From a virus: a stretch of 64,000 nucleotides of DNA. Positions 1-10,436 of the stretch are shown in pieces. The translations under genes and the position numbers were made by a program. The stretch's first letter is position 1. The number at the start of each line of letters is the position of its first letter. The notes below the pieces were generated by a model. It searched no databases. It saw only the letters and a program-made list of their open reading frames with translations, and was not told the origin of the DNA. The stretch is from IMG/VR virus record IMGVR_UViG_3300025598_000020; one strand, written 5' to 3'.

Positions 1-2097
1 GGCAAAAGCACCGTTAGCATATATGCCAGCAGAGTTAGCAGTTGAAAACGCAGAGTTGGCATATGAACTGGCTGCAGCTGCATTTGTGGTTGCAGTATTT
101 GCCTGATTAAATGCTGAATTAGCATAAGAACTGGCTGCAGCTGCGTTGGTTACAGCTGTATTTGCAGTTGAATATGCAGAGTTTGCTTCTGTAAATGCAC
201 CATTAGCATATAAAGCTGCACTGTTAGCTGTACTATATGCCGAATTGGCTTCTACGAATGCCGCATTAGCTTGTACAAAGATTGAATTTGAGAAACTAAA
301 TGGCGCAGCTGCCGTATTTTGTTTAGTGGAATCTGCAAAAGTGAGTGGTAAAGATTTTAATACAAGACCCGTATTGTATTTGAAACGAGCAATTTCATTA
401 CCTGTTGTTGCACCATTTGCAGCAAAAATGATATCTTTTGGTGTATTTGTATAAAATATTAAATTACCACCACCGGTTGTTGTATTACCTGAAGCATAAA
501 CATAACCATCATTCGGTCCAAACAAATTATAGTTTGGATTTGAGTATGTTGAACTTGTAATACCCATGTCAATATAACCATCATTTGCAGTACCGTTGTC
601 GGATGTTGCAGTATAATCGGCCGTTGCATTGGCACCATTGTTCAGATTTTGCAAGTTTATCTGTACATAATCACCATAATTACCACTTGATTGTATAATT
701 GTTTGTGGTTCAAAAGTAAATCCTGTTGGAACACCAGCATACAAAGCGCCAAAACCATTTGCACTTGTACCAAAAAATTCACCAGTGTTACCGGAAATTG
801 TTTGATTGATAACGTTACCGGTATATGTAATGTTACCTGTAACACTCAAATCACCGGAAATAGTGACATTACCAGAAATTGTACCACCGGTAGATGAGAA
901 CTTACTATTGGCAGTATTGAAGGCCGCATTTGCTTGTACAAAAGCACCATTAGCATATATGCCAGCAGAGTTTGCTGTTAGATAAGCTGAGTTGGCATAT
1001 GCGCCAGCAGAATTGGCTGCTGTGAAAGCACTATTGGCATAAGAACTGGCTGCAGTTGCATTAGTTGCAGCGGAGTTAGCCTGAGTGTATGCTGAATTGG
1101 CATAAGAACTGGCTGCAGCTGCGTTGGTAGTTGCCGTATTGGCCTGAGTGTATGCTGAATTGGCATATGAAGATGCTGCTAACGCATTGGTTACAGCTGT
1201 ATTTGCTTGTGTGTAAGCAGAGTTGGCATAAGAACTGGCTGCAGCTGCATTGGTTACAGCTGTATTTGCTTGTGTATAAGCTGCATTGGCTTCCGCAAAA
1301 GCACCATTTGCATATGATGCTGCCGAAGTAATATTAGTATTTTGCGTTAAGTCTACACCAGTTTGCAAAGTGAACTGGGTATTAGCATAATTGTATGCAG
1401 AATTTGCTTCTGCAAATGCCCCATTAGCATAAGAAGATGCGGAGTTTGCAGTTATAAAAGCAGAGTTGGCATAAGAACTAGCCGCACCAGCATTGGTAGT
1501 TGCCGTGTTTGCTTGGTTATATGCAGAGTTGGCAGTTAATCTTGCAACATTATCAATTGCCGAACCACCACTAATTGTATTGGCAAAAGCATACACTATA
1601 TTTGCCAAGGCAAAAGCACCATTGGCATATACACCAGCAGAAGTTGCTGTAGAATTTGCAAGATTGGCTTCTGCATATGCTGAATTGGCTTGAACAAACG
1701 CTGCATTGGCCTGTATGAATGCTGGTTGTGCATATGTGCCTGCATTGTTGGCAGCATTGAAGGCTGCGTTAGCTTGTAAAAATGCTAAATTGGCCTGATT
1801 GTATCCATTACCTGCTAATACGAATGCACTATTAGCTTCTATAAATGCTGCATTGGCATATGCACCAGCAGAATTGGCTGCTGTGAAAGCTAAATTGGCT
1901 TGTATAAAACTTGAATTGGCTTCAGAAAATAAAACGTTTACAGTATTTTGTGTAGCAATATAGTGACCGCCTCTGGTCACACCGTCTTGTAATACTAAAG
2001 TGTTGGCTTGTGTATCAACAGTAAGTTCACCAATGACACCAGTAAATGCCGCAATCTGTGATGTATTACCTCGTCTTAATTGTAATTGTGTTGACAT
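1..2097 (-). CDS. Tail/fibre protein, partial (runs off window start), Mtd-N-like N-terminus
   Basis: Not in the ORF track. ATG at 2097 reads MSTQLQLRRGNTSQIAAFTGVIGELTVDT..., followed by many AASSYANSA(Y/F) repeats like the neighbouring fibre genes. Confidence 0.8.
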   Translation of the reverse strand, partial: MSTQLQLRRGNTSQIAAFTGVIGELTVDTQANTLVLQDGVTRGGHYIATQNTVNVLFSEANSSFIQANLAFTAANSAGAYANAAFIEANSAFVLAGNGYNQANLAFLQANAAFNAANNAGTYAQPAFIQANAAFVQANSAYAEANLANSTATSAGVYANGAFALANIVYAFANTISGGSAIDNVARLTANSAYNQANTATTNAGAASSYANSAFITANSASSYANGAFAEANSAYNYANTQFTLQTGVDLTQNTNITSAASYANGAFAEANAAYTQANTAVTNAAAASSYANSAYTQANTAVTNALAASSYANSAYTQANTATTNAAAASSYANSAYTQANSAATNATAASSYANSAFTAANSAGAYANSAYLTANSAGIYANGAFVQANAAFNTANSKFSSTGGTISGNVTISGDLSVTGNITYTGNVINQTISGNTGEFFGTSANGFGALYAGVPTGFTFEPQTIIQSSGNYGDYVQINLQNLNNGANATADYTATSDNGTANDGYIDMGITSSTYSNPNYNLFGPNDGYVYASGNTTTGGGNLIFYTNTPKDIIFAANGATTGNEIARFKYNTGLVLKSLPLTFADSTKQNTAAAPFSFSNSIFVQANAAFVEANSAYSTANSAALYANGAFTEANSAYSTANTAVTNAAAASSYANSAFNQANTATTNAAAASSYANSAFSTANSAGIYANGAFA

Positions 2098-2140
2098 GAA
2101 TAATAGCCTTTGTTAACCTTTTTTATTTATGTTATTCTTT

Positions 2141-2758
2141 TTAGTATACTGTGCCTAAATCCACATCACCATATATTTCTATGCCTGTATCCACTGAGCC
2201 CAAATCTATGTATGGAAAACCACTACTAGAAGATGTATTTGCAGTAATTGTTATTTGTGATGTTGAAGGATTTGCAGTAATAACAACACCATCACCACCA
2301 ACAAATTGTACTGTTTGACTGGTACTACCACTAATGGTATCACCCATAGTATCTGTGAAAGCATTAAAACTTGTTGAAGCTAAACTATATGCAGAACAAG
2401 CAGTGGAATATGCAGAACTGGCTAAAGTATATGCTGAATTAGCCTCATCAAATGCCGCATTTGCAGTTGCTCTGGCCACATTATCGGATGAACTACCGGA
2501 ACCAGAAGAATTGATTGTAACTGAATTTGTTACTGTATTGGTTGTTAGAGTAACATTGTTGCCTGCCACCAAAGTCAATGGTGAGTTTGCACTATTCGCA
2601 AGTACAGTTGACTGTCCTGATACTACAATCGTACCAAAAGAGTTACCACCTTGATTGGAGACTTGTAAATCCCATGCATAACCATTGTATACCCAAGTCT
2701 TATTACCTACGGTATAACTTTGTCCTACTGATGGAGATGATGGAAAATTTATTGCCAT
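2141..2758 (-). CDS. Virion fibre/adaptor protein
   Basis: [23 protein letters not shown]-terminus typical of phage fibre modules; ends DLGTVY. Confidence 0.65.
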   Translation of the reverse strand: MAINFPSSPSVGQSYTVGNKTWVYNGYAWDLQVSNQGGNSFGTIVVSGQSTVLANSANSPLTLVAGNNVTLTTNTVTNSVTINSSGSGSSSDNVARATANAAFDEANSAYTLASSAYSTACSAYSLASTSFNAFTDTMGDTISGSTSQTVQFVGGDGVVITANPSTSQITITANTSSSSGFPYIDLGSVDTGIEIYGDVDLGTVY

Positions 2759-2761
2759 TTA

Positions 2762-4426
2762 TTATCCTATGTAAGCCACAGACCAATTGTCGTTGCTATC
2801 AAATATGATTGTACCAGAACTTGCAATTAATTGTAGTGTATCGCCTACCGCCAGTTTCACAATGTTGGCGCCACCGGCATGGTTCATTGAAGTGTTTGGA
2901 CCAAATTCAACCATAATACAAGTTGTTGTCCCACCACCAATTGCAGCAGTTTTTCTAACTAAGGCTTGAGCAATACCACTTGAACTATTATTATATGTTC
3001 TAATCACTAAATTAACTTGATATAAACCTGCAACAGGCGCTGTAAATATACCAGTAGTTCCGTTCAGGTAACTTCCTTGATTATATTCAATATTCCAATT
3101 GCTATTCGTTAATGTGTTTGAGGAAGCAACTGAGCCACCATTACCTCTTACACAAAATGCTGGACGATTTGGTGCATAACCAGCAGCAATACCGTTTGTT
3201 GTTGTATTACCTGCAAGTGTTAAGTCGCCCGCATCACTCAAAGAAAATGATGTTATTAGGTATGCACTATTAACAACTTGTAATTCACCAACAGAACTTA
3301 AACGGATTGTTTTGTTTCCGTTTGTTGCGCCAGCAGATGTATTTGTAAATTTTAATACATCTGCATAACCTGTACCACCAATTGTATTGGCTGCAGTAAT
3401 AGACAATCCTGAACCTGTTGTTGTGACAGGTTGATATGTTATACTTACATTTCCTGTTATACTTCCACCAGTGTTTGCAAGTGCGTTGTTTGCTTTGGAG
3501 AAAGCACTATTAGCATATGAACCAGCTGAGTTTGCGGCAGTAAATGCTGAGTTTGCATAAGAACTGGCCGCATTAATAGAGTTATTTTGTGTAAGTTCTA
3601 TGCCTGCTAAATTCACCGTATTGGATGCTGCGGTATTAGCTGCCGTAAATGCTGAATTGGCATAGGCACCAGCAGAATTAGATGCTGTGAAAGCTGAATT
3701 GGCATAAGATCCAGCACTATTAGCAGTTGAAAATGCACTATTAGCATAAGAACCAGCTGCATTGATGGAACTGTTTTGTGTTAATTCAATACCCACCAAA
3801 TTAACAGTATTGGATGCTGATGTATTGGCTGCATTAAATGCCGCATTGGCTTGTGCAAAGATACTATTAGAATATAGTAATAATTCTACACCGCTGTCAT
3901 AGATTGTATTTGAACTAACACTATTGAATGTAGAAGTTGTGACATTACTTTGAGCACCAGTTGGTCCAAATTCTGCCCATATTGGATATGCCGTGTTGCC
4001 AAAGTTTTCATACATTACACCTGTATTAGAATTCAACCACAAATCGTTTGAATTTGGATTACTTGGTGCAGTATTTTGATAATATGTTTGTGTTTTTGCA
4101 TTGGCTGCTGAGTAGACAATACTGCCATCTAATGTAATTGTCTTACTAGTAGTATTAGCAAAAACACCAATACCATTTGCGCCTTTGAAACTTAGAGTGT
4201 CTGTGTTAGATGTTGCAAGTATTAGTGAACCAGATACGTTCATTGTTGAGAACGAATTGGTAAACTGACCGCTAGAGATATATGTTATTGTACCTGTAGC
4301 ATTTTTATAATACAACTTTCCATCGTAGTAGTTAAGTGCCAACTCACCATAATTTAGTGATGCTGGTACGTTACCTGATACGCCAGATTTTCTTAGTTGA
4401 ATTGTTGTATTTGCAATTGTTGCCAT
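2762..4426 (-). CDS. Tail fibre protein with C-terminal gC1q-like domain
   Basis: N-term IQLRKS..GELALN; YANSAF repeats; C-term PAF...FTAPVAGLY...VKLAVGD matches the C1q pattern. Confidence 0.75.
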   Translation of the reverse strand: MATIANTTIQLRKSGVSGNVPASLNYGELALNYYDGKLYYKNATGTITYISSGQFTNSFSTMNVSGSLILATSNTDTLSFKGANGIGVFANTTSKTITLDGSIVYSAANAKTQTYYQNTAPSNPNSNDLWLNSNTGVMYENFGNTAYPIWAEFGPTGAQSNVTTSTFNSVSSNTIYDSGVELLLYSNSIFAQANAAFNAANTSASNTVNLVGIELTQNSSINAAGSYANSAFSTANSAGSYANSAFTASNSAGAYANSAFTAANTAASNTVNLAGIELTQNNSINAASSYANSAFTAANSAGSYANSAFSKANNALANTGGSITGNVSITYQPVTTTGSGLSITAANTIGGTGYADVLKFTNTSAGATNGNKTIRLSSVGELQVVNSAYLITSFSLSDAGDLTLAGNTTTNGIAAGYAPNRPAFCVRGNGGSVASSNTLTNSNWNIEYNQGSYLNGTTGIFTAPVAGLYQVNLVIRTYNNSSSGIAQALVRKTAAIGGGTTTCIMVEFGPNTSMNHAGGANIVKLAVGDTLQLIASSGTIIFDSNDNWSVAYIG

Positions 4427-4429
4427 CTA

Positions 4430-4954
4430 TTAAAAACTTCCGCCATCCTCTATTGGATTTATAATTGTTGATGTCGTAATCAATTTATTTTCATCAATTT
4501 TCTTACGCTTTGCCGGAGTTAATTGCAAATAATTTATTTGTTCATTCAATGATTTAATTTTTGATTCATAATCGTCACGAGTTTTTTGGTGTTCATCTCG
4601 TTCTCTAATCAATTCATTTCTAAATGTATCAACATGTTGAACTTGATGACGCACATTTTCATATTCATGTTTCACACTACTTAGATTATTGATTTCTTTT
4701 CTCAAGTCTTCAATAATTCTATCTTTATTTTCAGATATAGTTCTCACTTGGTCACTCGCAATTTGTTGAGAACTTGATGTTTCTTTTCTTAGGTTCTCAA
4801 CAATGCTTTCTAATTCTTCAACTTTTTGATTTAATTCACCAATTGCTTCGTCACTTATTTTAAGATTGGTCTGTAATGAAATATTTCTCAGTACAGCATC
4901 TTGCATCGTATTGGTCACCATTTCAATATAATAGTTCACATATTTCTCACTCAT
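4430..4954 (-). CDS. Coiled-coil hypothetical protein
   Basis: 174-aa ORF with GGAG RBS, heptad-rich; ends DGGSF. Confidence 0.7.
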   Translation of the reverse strand: MSEKYVNYYIEMVTNTMQDAVLRNISLQTNLKISDEAIGELNQKVEELESIVENLRKETSSSQQIASDQVRTISENKDRIIEDLRKEINNLSSVKHEYENVRHQVQHVDTFRNELIRERDEHQKTRDDYESKIKSLNEQINYLQLTPAKRKKIDENKLITTSTIINPIEDGGSF

Positions 4955-4985
4955 CTCAAACTCCTAATAAATCATAATATAGTAT

Positions 4986-6266
4986 TTAGAAGCTGCCTCC
5001 ATCCATAGTTGTTGTCCACACTGGAACACCTGCATTTGTGACAGTCAAAACTTGATTAGAATATGTTTGGTCTGAATTACCCGCAGCTGCAGTTACACCT
5101 AATCCACTGGAACCATTTCCGTATGTAATACCATTTGTTGTGAATGATGTTTGTCCTGTACCACCTTGGCCAACTGCAAGTGCATTAGTCAGTGATAGTG
5201 TACCAACTGTTGCATTTGTAATATTTGCAGTTGCAAATGTACCTTGGAAACCATTAACGTTTGTATATAATGTGGCAGTATTTGCCTGTGTAAAATAATT
5301 GTTACTTAATGTATTTGCTATTGAAGCATTAGTAGCCGCAATGTTTGCAAACAAATAATAGTTTTTAGAACCTGCATCACGCAACAAACCAGTAATATTG
5401 TTTGTTGATCCGTTGTTATACAATCCATAGAAACCAATATCAATTACGTCACCCGTAGTATTATTGGCTGCCAACTCAATCATTGAGTCATTGGTTTGTA
5501 CAATAGATGTATTGACGTATGTTGCGGTACCAGAAACAATCAAGTTACCAGAGATAGAAAGGTCTGTACCAATTGTTTGTGGACCAACACCAGAAGTATT
5601 AGAACGTAAAATTGTATTGTCTGTACCAATCAATACCGTCTCTGAACCACCAGAACCAGTTACTGTTGTCGTAATACCAGATCCATTACCCTCAATTGTT
5701 AGTGTACCACCACCAGATTGTGAACCAGAACCTGTGTTACCAGATACAGTGAATGATGTTGCAATTGTGTTATTGGAAATGGCGGTGATACGACCTTTTG
5801 CATCTACTGTGATAGATGGAATTGTTGTTGTATTACCGTATGTACCAATGTTGGAGTTAACTGTTGCTAATGTGAATCCTAATTCAACGTTGGCAGTACC
5901 ATTAAATGCTACGTTAGCCGCAGTAGCATCACCATACGCACCAAAATATGTCGTTTGTGTTAATGAATTTGCTGAGTTAGCAATTAAACTACCAACAGTA
6001 ATACCTGCCGCAGTAATATAACCAACAGAAATGTTACCGGATGCATCACGTTTAACAATGGTGCTTGGTGTATTTGCACTGGTCGCATTGTCAATTTGCG
6101 AAGTGTAGTATTGGCCACCTACGTTTACAACACCAGTACCTGTTGAATTACCAATAAAAATGGTATTTGACAGATATGAATATGCTAATTCACCTGCCTT
6201 AAGCGAACTTGGTGTACCCGTTGCGGTAGAACGTTTAATTAAAATACTTGTATTGGAGATGGCCAT
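4986..6266 (-). CDS. Tail fibre protein
   Basis: N-term ILIKRS..LKAGELAYS; fibre repeats ITVDAKGRITA and LAVGQGGTG; ends DGGSF. Confidence 0.75.
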   Translation of the reverse strand: MAISNTSILIKRSTATGTPSSLKAGELAYSYLSNTIFIGNSTGTGVVNVGGQYYTSQIDNATSANTPSTIVKRDASGNISVGYITAAGITVGSLIANSANSLTQTTYFGAYGDATAANVAFNGTANVELGFTLATVNSNIGTYGNTTTIPSITVDAKGRITAISNNTIATSFTVSGNTGSGSQSGGGTLTIEGNGSGITTTVTGSGGSETVLIGTDNTILRSNTSGVGPQTIGTDLSISGNLIVSGTATYVNTSIVQTNDSMIELAANNTTGDVIDIGFYGLYNNGSTNNITGLLRDAGSKNYYLFANIAATNASIANTLSNNYFTQANTATLYTNVNGFQGTFATANITNATVGTLSLTNALAVGQGGTGQTSFTTNGITYGNGSSGLGVTAAAGNSDQTYSNQVLTVTNAGVPVWTTTMDGGSF

Positions 6267-6316
6267 TTTAGGTCCTTTTTATAATTGTTATAAGACTATT
6301 TATTGGAAAAGGTAAA

Positions 6317-6688
6317 TCAAAAAGTTCCCCCATCAATATTACCATTCGTTAACTGAGCAGAATTATTTGCTAAATAATATGCTGTATTGGCTTCAGTTAT
6401 AGCGTTGTTAGCCAAAATCAATGCAGTATTTGCTTCCGACAATGCTGAGTTGGCTGTACCACTTACTCCGCTAGCCAATGAATATGCAGTGTTGGCTTCA
6501 GCCAAAGCGGAAGTAGCAAGACCATAGACTGAATTGGCATAAGTGTATGCTACATTTGCTTCTTGAGAAGCTGCATTGGCTGTTGCACCAATCACAGTTA
6601 TTTCTGTTGCTAAGTTGGCTGAACCAACAAAAGTGGTTGTACCCCTAACAGAAATATTTTGATTTGGATTTACTGTAAAGACTGCCAT
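6317..6688 (-). CDS. Small Ala/Asn-rich virion protein
   Basis: EANTAY repeats; ends IDGGTF. Confidence 0.6.
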   Translation of the reverse strand: MAVFTVNPNQNISVRGTTTFVGSANLATEITVIGATANAASQEANVAYTYANSVYGLATSALAEANTAYSLASGVSGTANSALSEANTALILANNAITEANTAYYLANNSAQLTNGNIDGGTF

Positions 6689-7053
6689 TATACCTCTGAT
6701 CCGTATGATGAAGATACACCAGTAACTCCAGGATTAACAAAAACTTGGCCCTCTACCACTCTTGTGATTGTATTACTTGAATCTTTGATGGTGATATCGT
6801 ATACCAATTTACCTGCGGGAACATTAGCAGAATTTGCAGCAGATAAACTTAATTGTACAATTCCACCATTAGCATCTACAATTGAGGTTGTAAAATTAAT
6901 AAAAACGTTACTGGAGTAATAAGATTTTTTGGCCTGTGCAGCAACAGTGAACCCTGTCAAATTATAACCATTACCATAAAGGTCGGTCAATGTGGTCTGA
7001 GAATTGAATGTTGAACCTTGGTCAAGGTACAAATCTGCGTAGGCTGCTGGCAT
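6688..7053 (-). CDS. Virion structural/fibre-attachment protein (T4-like family)
   Basis: Pattern LYLDQGSTF..YDI..RVVEGQV.V.PGVT; late-promoter-like CATAAATA upstream. Confidence 0.65.
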   Translation of the reverse strand: MPAAYADLYLDQGSTFNSQTTLTDLYGNGYNLTGFTVAAQAKKSYYSSNVFINFTTSIVDANGGIVQLSLSAANSANVPAGKLVYDITIKDSSNTITRVVEGQVFVNPGVTGVSSSYGSEV

Positions 7054-7123
7054 GATAATATCCTATAGGTGTATACTACAGGATATTTATGCCTTTATTA
7101 ACCAGAAGTATACCTGAGTGTAC

Positions 7124-10100
7124 TCATTTATTATTTCCTTTGAGTACATCTATCTCTGCTTTGAGTTCTTTAATGGCCGCAAATGCAAGAGCACACATTT
7201 TTTCGTAATCTACTGCAAGAATTCCGTCATCTCTCAATCTTACCGCTAGTGGGAATACTGATTGAACGTCTTGTGCCACAACACCAAAGTCTTGTTTACG
7301 TACATAGTATCCGTCTTCACCACCACGTGCCTGAATGACTTCATCTTTCCAGTCAAATGTTTTACCACCAATTGTTGTGACTATATCAAGTGCATTTGAA
7401 ATGTCTTGAATATTTTCTTTAAGACTTATGTCTGAAGAATAATATGCAGTAATATTATTGGCCGCACGAATCTCACCAGATGCTCCAGATGCACCGGTGC
7501 CTACGCCAAATGAACCAAATTGAACACTACTACTTGTTCCAAAATTACTAGAAATGGTGTTTGCCGCAGAAAAAGCACCATTAGCCTGCGTAAATGCTGA
7601 ACCTGCATAAGAACTTGCATTGTTGGCCGCAGTAAATGCTGAATTTGCATATGAACTGGCTGCAGTTGCATTTGTGGTTGCAGTATTAGCCTGATTGTAT
7701 GCTGAATTGGCATATGAACTGGCTGCAGCTGCATTGGTTGTAGCCGTATTAGCCTGATTGTATGCTGAACCAGCATATGAATTGGCTGCAGCTGCGTTGG
7801 TTGTAGCCGTATTTGCTTGTGTGTAAGCTGAATTAGCGTATGCACCAGCACTGTTAGCCGCAGTAAATGCTGAATTTGCATATGAGGCCGCAGAAGCAAT
7901 ATTCGTATTCTGTGTTGCATCTATAGGATTTTGTACAGTATTGTTGGCATAGTATGTCACCAACTTACTTGTTAAACCATCAATTGCTAATTGAATTGTA
8001 TTAGCAGTAGATGAAATATTACTATTAACTGTAAATGCAATACTGTTCGCATAATTGGAAGCCCAATAGTAACTTCCTGAACCACCAGTTGTTAAAACAT
8101 ATCCAAAAGTTGCTCCTGTTGGTAAAATGTTAGTTAATGCACCACCAGATGTTGTTGCACCGGTACCGCCAGATGTGATTGGCAACGCTGTGCTTAATGT
8201 TAGGCCATTAAATGTTGGAGATGCTGATGTTCTCAGGTCTTGTGGTGTATTAACATACAGTGTGTTAACTTGTCCAGATACAACAACACCATTGTTACTA
8301 GAAAATGTTACTGCACCAGAACTGGCTGTTGCTGTGCCTGTAGTACCAAAGAATGTATTGGTTGAGGTATTTGCTCTAGAATATGCTGCATTTGCCTGAG
8401 AGAATACTGCAAGTATATTTGAAGATATATTTGTATTCAGAGTTGATACGTTTGAAGATATATTTGTATTCAGAGTTGATACGTTTGAAGATATATTTGT
8501 ATTCAGAGTTGATACGTTTGATGTCAAATAATTCAATAGTGTATTTGCAACTGCTGATGCGGCAACTGTTGATGTACTTGTAGATATCAAACTATTGCTA
8601 ATCAAATTAGCAGTCATAATCTGAGAGTAGTTTGTACCGTTGTTTACATCAAGTATATCCCAATATTTTGAACCTTCATTCCAACGAATTGATGCATTTG
8701 CACCAGAAGTTCCTCTATTTACATTTAATGAAGCATTTTGACCTATTGTCGCATTTGCATTTAATACAAAAGTGTTACTATTGTAAACTGTAGAACCATT
8801 AATAACAAAGTTACCACCAATAGATAATTGGTTTGAAACACTTAAATTATTAATAAAAGCTGTTGCATTATTGGCGAATAATGTTGAAGTAACATTTACT
8901 GTTGGTGTAGTAACACTAGTATTTGCTACAACGAAATTTGAGTAAGATGTTCCGGTTACAGAAATTGCGGCAGTATTGATACCAGAATTTGCTTGTGTAA
9001 AATTAACATAATCTGTTCCAGTAACCGACATCGATGCAGCATTAACAACTGAATTGGCTTGTAATACATTAACGAAACCTGTTCCTGTTGCAGAAAAAGT
9101 TGCTGTATTAACTGAAGTATTAGCCTGTACAGCATTCAGATAACCAGTAGTTGTGACACTTAATGTAGATGTGTTAACTAGTGTATTTGCTTGAACTGCA
9201 TTTAAGTAACCAGTAGTTGTAACACTTAATGTAGATGTATTAACTAGTGTATTTGCTTGAACTGCATTCAGATAACCAGTAGTTGTAACACTTACAGTAC
9301 CAGTATTGATACTTGTATTTGCTTGTAATAAATTAGTAAATGTTGTACCTGTGACACTTAATGTAGATGTATTAACTGAAGTATTTGCTTGTAATAAATT
9401 AGTAAATGTTGTACCTGTGACACTTAATGTAGATGTATTAACTGAAGTATTAGCCTGTACAGCATTCAGATAACCAGTAGTTGTGACACTTAATGTAGAT
9501 GTATTAACTAGTGTATTTGCTTGTAATAAATTAGTAAATGTTGTACCTGTAACACTTATAGTACTAGTATTGACACTTGTATTGGCCTGAACAATATTCA
9601 GATAACCATTAGTTGTAACACTTAATGATGCGGTATTGATATTGGTGTTAGCCTGAATAATTGGCACATATAAATTTGTTGCACCAATAATTGTATTCGA
9701 AAACTGTGCGGCACCTGTAACAAATATAGTATTAGAAATGCTGGTGTTTCCAGATACAGAGAGTGTACTACTTAGTGATGTGGCACCAGTAACACCTAGT
9801 GTTCCACCGACTGTTTCATTACTTCCAATTGTTAATGTTCCAGATACGGTTGCATTATTTGCAACAGAAAGACCTGTACCAGAACCGTATGCGGAAATTT
9901 GTCCATTTGCAAAAAGACTTAATGCTGTGTTGGTGAAGTTAACTGTACCACCAACTCTAAGAGTGTTTTGAATGTATGCGGAAGAGCCAGTGCCTTGAAC
10001 CTGGAATGCACCAGCAACAATAGCAGCAGTATTAACCTGTAGACCAAGAGAACCATCACCTAAAAATAATGTTCCAGATGGTTTTGTAAAATTGTTGGCC

Positions 10101-10210
10101 GCAAGGTCGTTATTTTGTTGTAGTAATCCGTTAGTCGAAACCACCCAATCAGAGAATGTGTTGGCGTAACTTAAAACCGGAAATACTTGTGCTTGAGAAT
10201 AATTAGCCAT
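7124..10210 (-). CDS. Long tail fibre with C-terminal intramolecular chaperone (peptidase S74-like)
   Basis: SSDISLKENI cleavage motif, GVVAQDV..VFP, LAVDYEK, AIKELKAEI; internal 22-aa and 18-aa repeats. Confidence 0.85.
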   Translation of the reverse strand: MANYSQAQVFPVLSYANTFSDWVVSTNGLLQQNNDLAANNFTKPSGTLFLGDGSLGLQVNTAAIVAGAFQVQGTGSSAYIQNTLRVGGTVNFTNTALSLFANGQISAYGSGTGLSVANNATVSGTLTIGSNETVGGTLGVTGATSLSSTLSVSGNTSISNTIFVTGAAQFSNTIIGATNLYVPIIQANTNINTASLSVTTNGYLNIVQANTSVNTSTISVTGTTFTNLLQANTLVNTSTLSVTTTGYLNAVQANTSVNTSTLSVTGTTFTNLLQANTSVNTSTLSVTGTTFTNLLQANTSINTGTVSVTTTGYLNAVQANTLVNTSTLSVTTTGYLNAVQANTLVNTSTLSVTTTGYLNAVQANTSVNTATFSATGTGFVNVLQANSVVNAASMSVTGTDYVNFTQANSGINTAAISVTGTSYSNFVVANTSVTTPTVNVTSTLFANNATAFINNLSVSNQLSIGGNFVINGSTVYNSNTFVLNANATIGQNASLNVNRGTSGANASIRWNEGSKYWDILDVNNGTNYSQIMTANLISNSLISTSTSTVAASAVANTLLNYLTSNVSTLNTNISSNVSTLNTNISSNVSTLNTNISSNILAVFSQANAAYSRANTSTNTFFGTTGTATASSGAVTFSSNNGVVVSGQVNTLYVNTPQDLRTSASPTFNGLTLSTALPITSGGTGATTSGGALTNILPTGATFGYVLTTGGSGSYYWASNYANSIAFTVNSNISSTANTIQLAIDGLTSKLVTYYANNTVQNPIDATQNTNIASAASYANSAFTAANSAGAYANSAYTQANTATTNAAAANSYAGSAYNQANTATTNAAAASSYANSAYNQANTATTNATAASSYANSAFTAANNASSYAGSAFTQANGAFSAANTISSNFGTSSSVQFGSFGVGTGASGASGEIRAANNITAYYSSDISLKENIQDISNALDIVTTIGGKTFDWKDEVIQARGGEDGYYVRKQDFGVVAQDVQSVFPLAVRLRDDGILAVDYEKMCALAFAAIKELKAEIDVLKGNNK
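8418..8521. repeat. Perfect in-frame 33-bp tandem repeat x3 (NISSNVSTLNT)
   Basis: tttgaagatatatttgtattcagagttgatacg occurs three times with no spacers. Confidence 0.9.
9105..9630. repeat. Degenerate in-frame 66-bp tandem repeats (QANTxVNTSTLSVTxT)
   Basis: About 8 units visible in both DNA and protein. Confidence 0.85.
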
Positions 10211-10238
10211 TTTTGCCTTTGTCTATCATTGCCTTTTT

Positions 10239-10436
10239 CTATTTATTCAACAACGCCTGAAGCATTTTCTTTATCTCACCCACATCGGACTTCAAAGAAT
10301 TTAATTCTTCTTCCATCTGTTTCTTCTTTCTATATTCAACTAAGGCTGCATAATTGGTATTTAATACAGCCTTACTTTCCATATCTCTCACTAAGTGTGG
10401 GTGGTCTTTGACTTTTGCTATTTTCATATTCATCAT
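10239..10436 (-). CDS. Small conserved T4-like hypothetical protein
   Basis: KVKDHPHLVRD..S.AVLN pattern plus C-terminal coil; directly downstream of the VrlC-like gene. Confidence 0.7.
   Translation of the reverse strand: MMNMKIAKVKDHPHLVRDMESKAVLNTNYAALVEYRKKKQMEEELNSLKSDVGEIKKMLQALLNK

Noticed and set aside
1-6266. Diversity-generating retroelement suggested by Mtd-N-like domains
   Set aside because: No reverse transcriptase and no adenine-specific TR/VR pair was seen in the window.
8418-8521. 33-bp repeats as a CRISPR array
   Set aside because: There are no spacers; they are in-frame tandem repeats inside a fibre gene.
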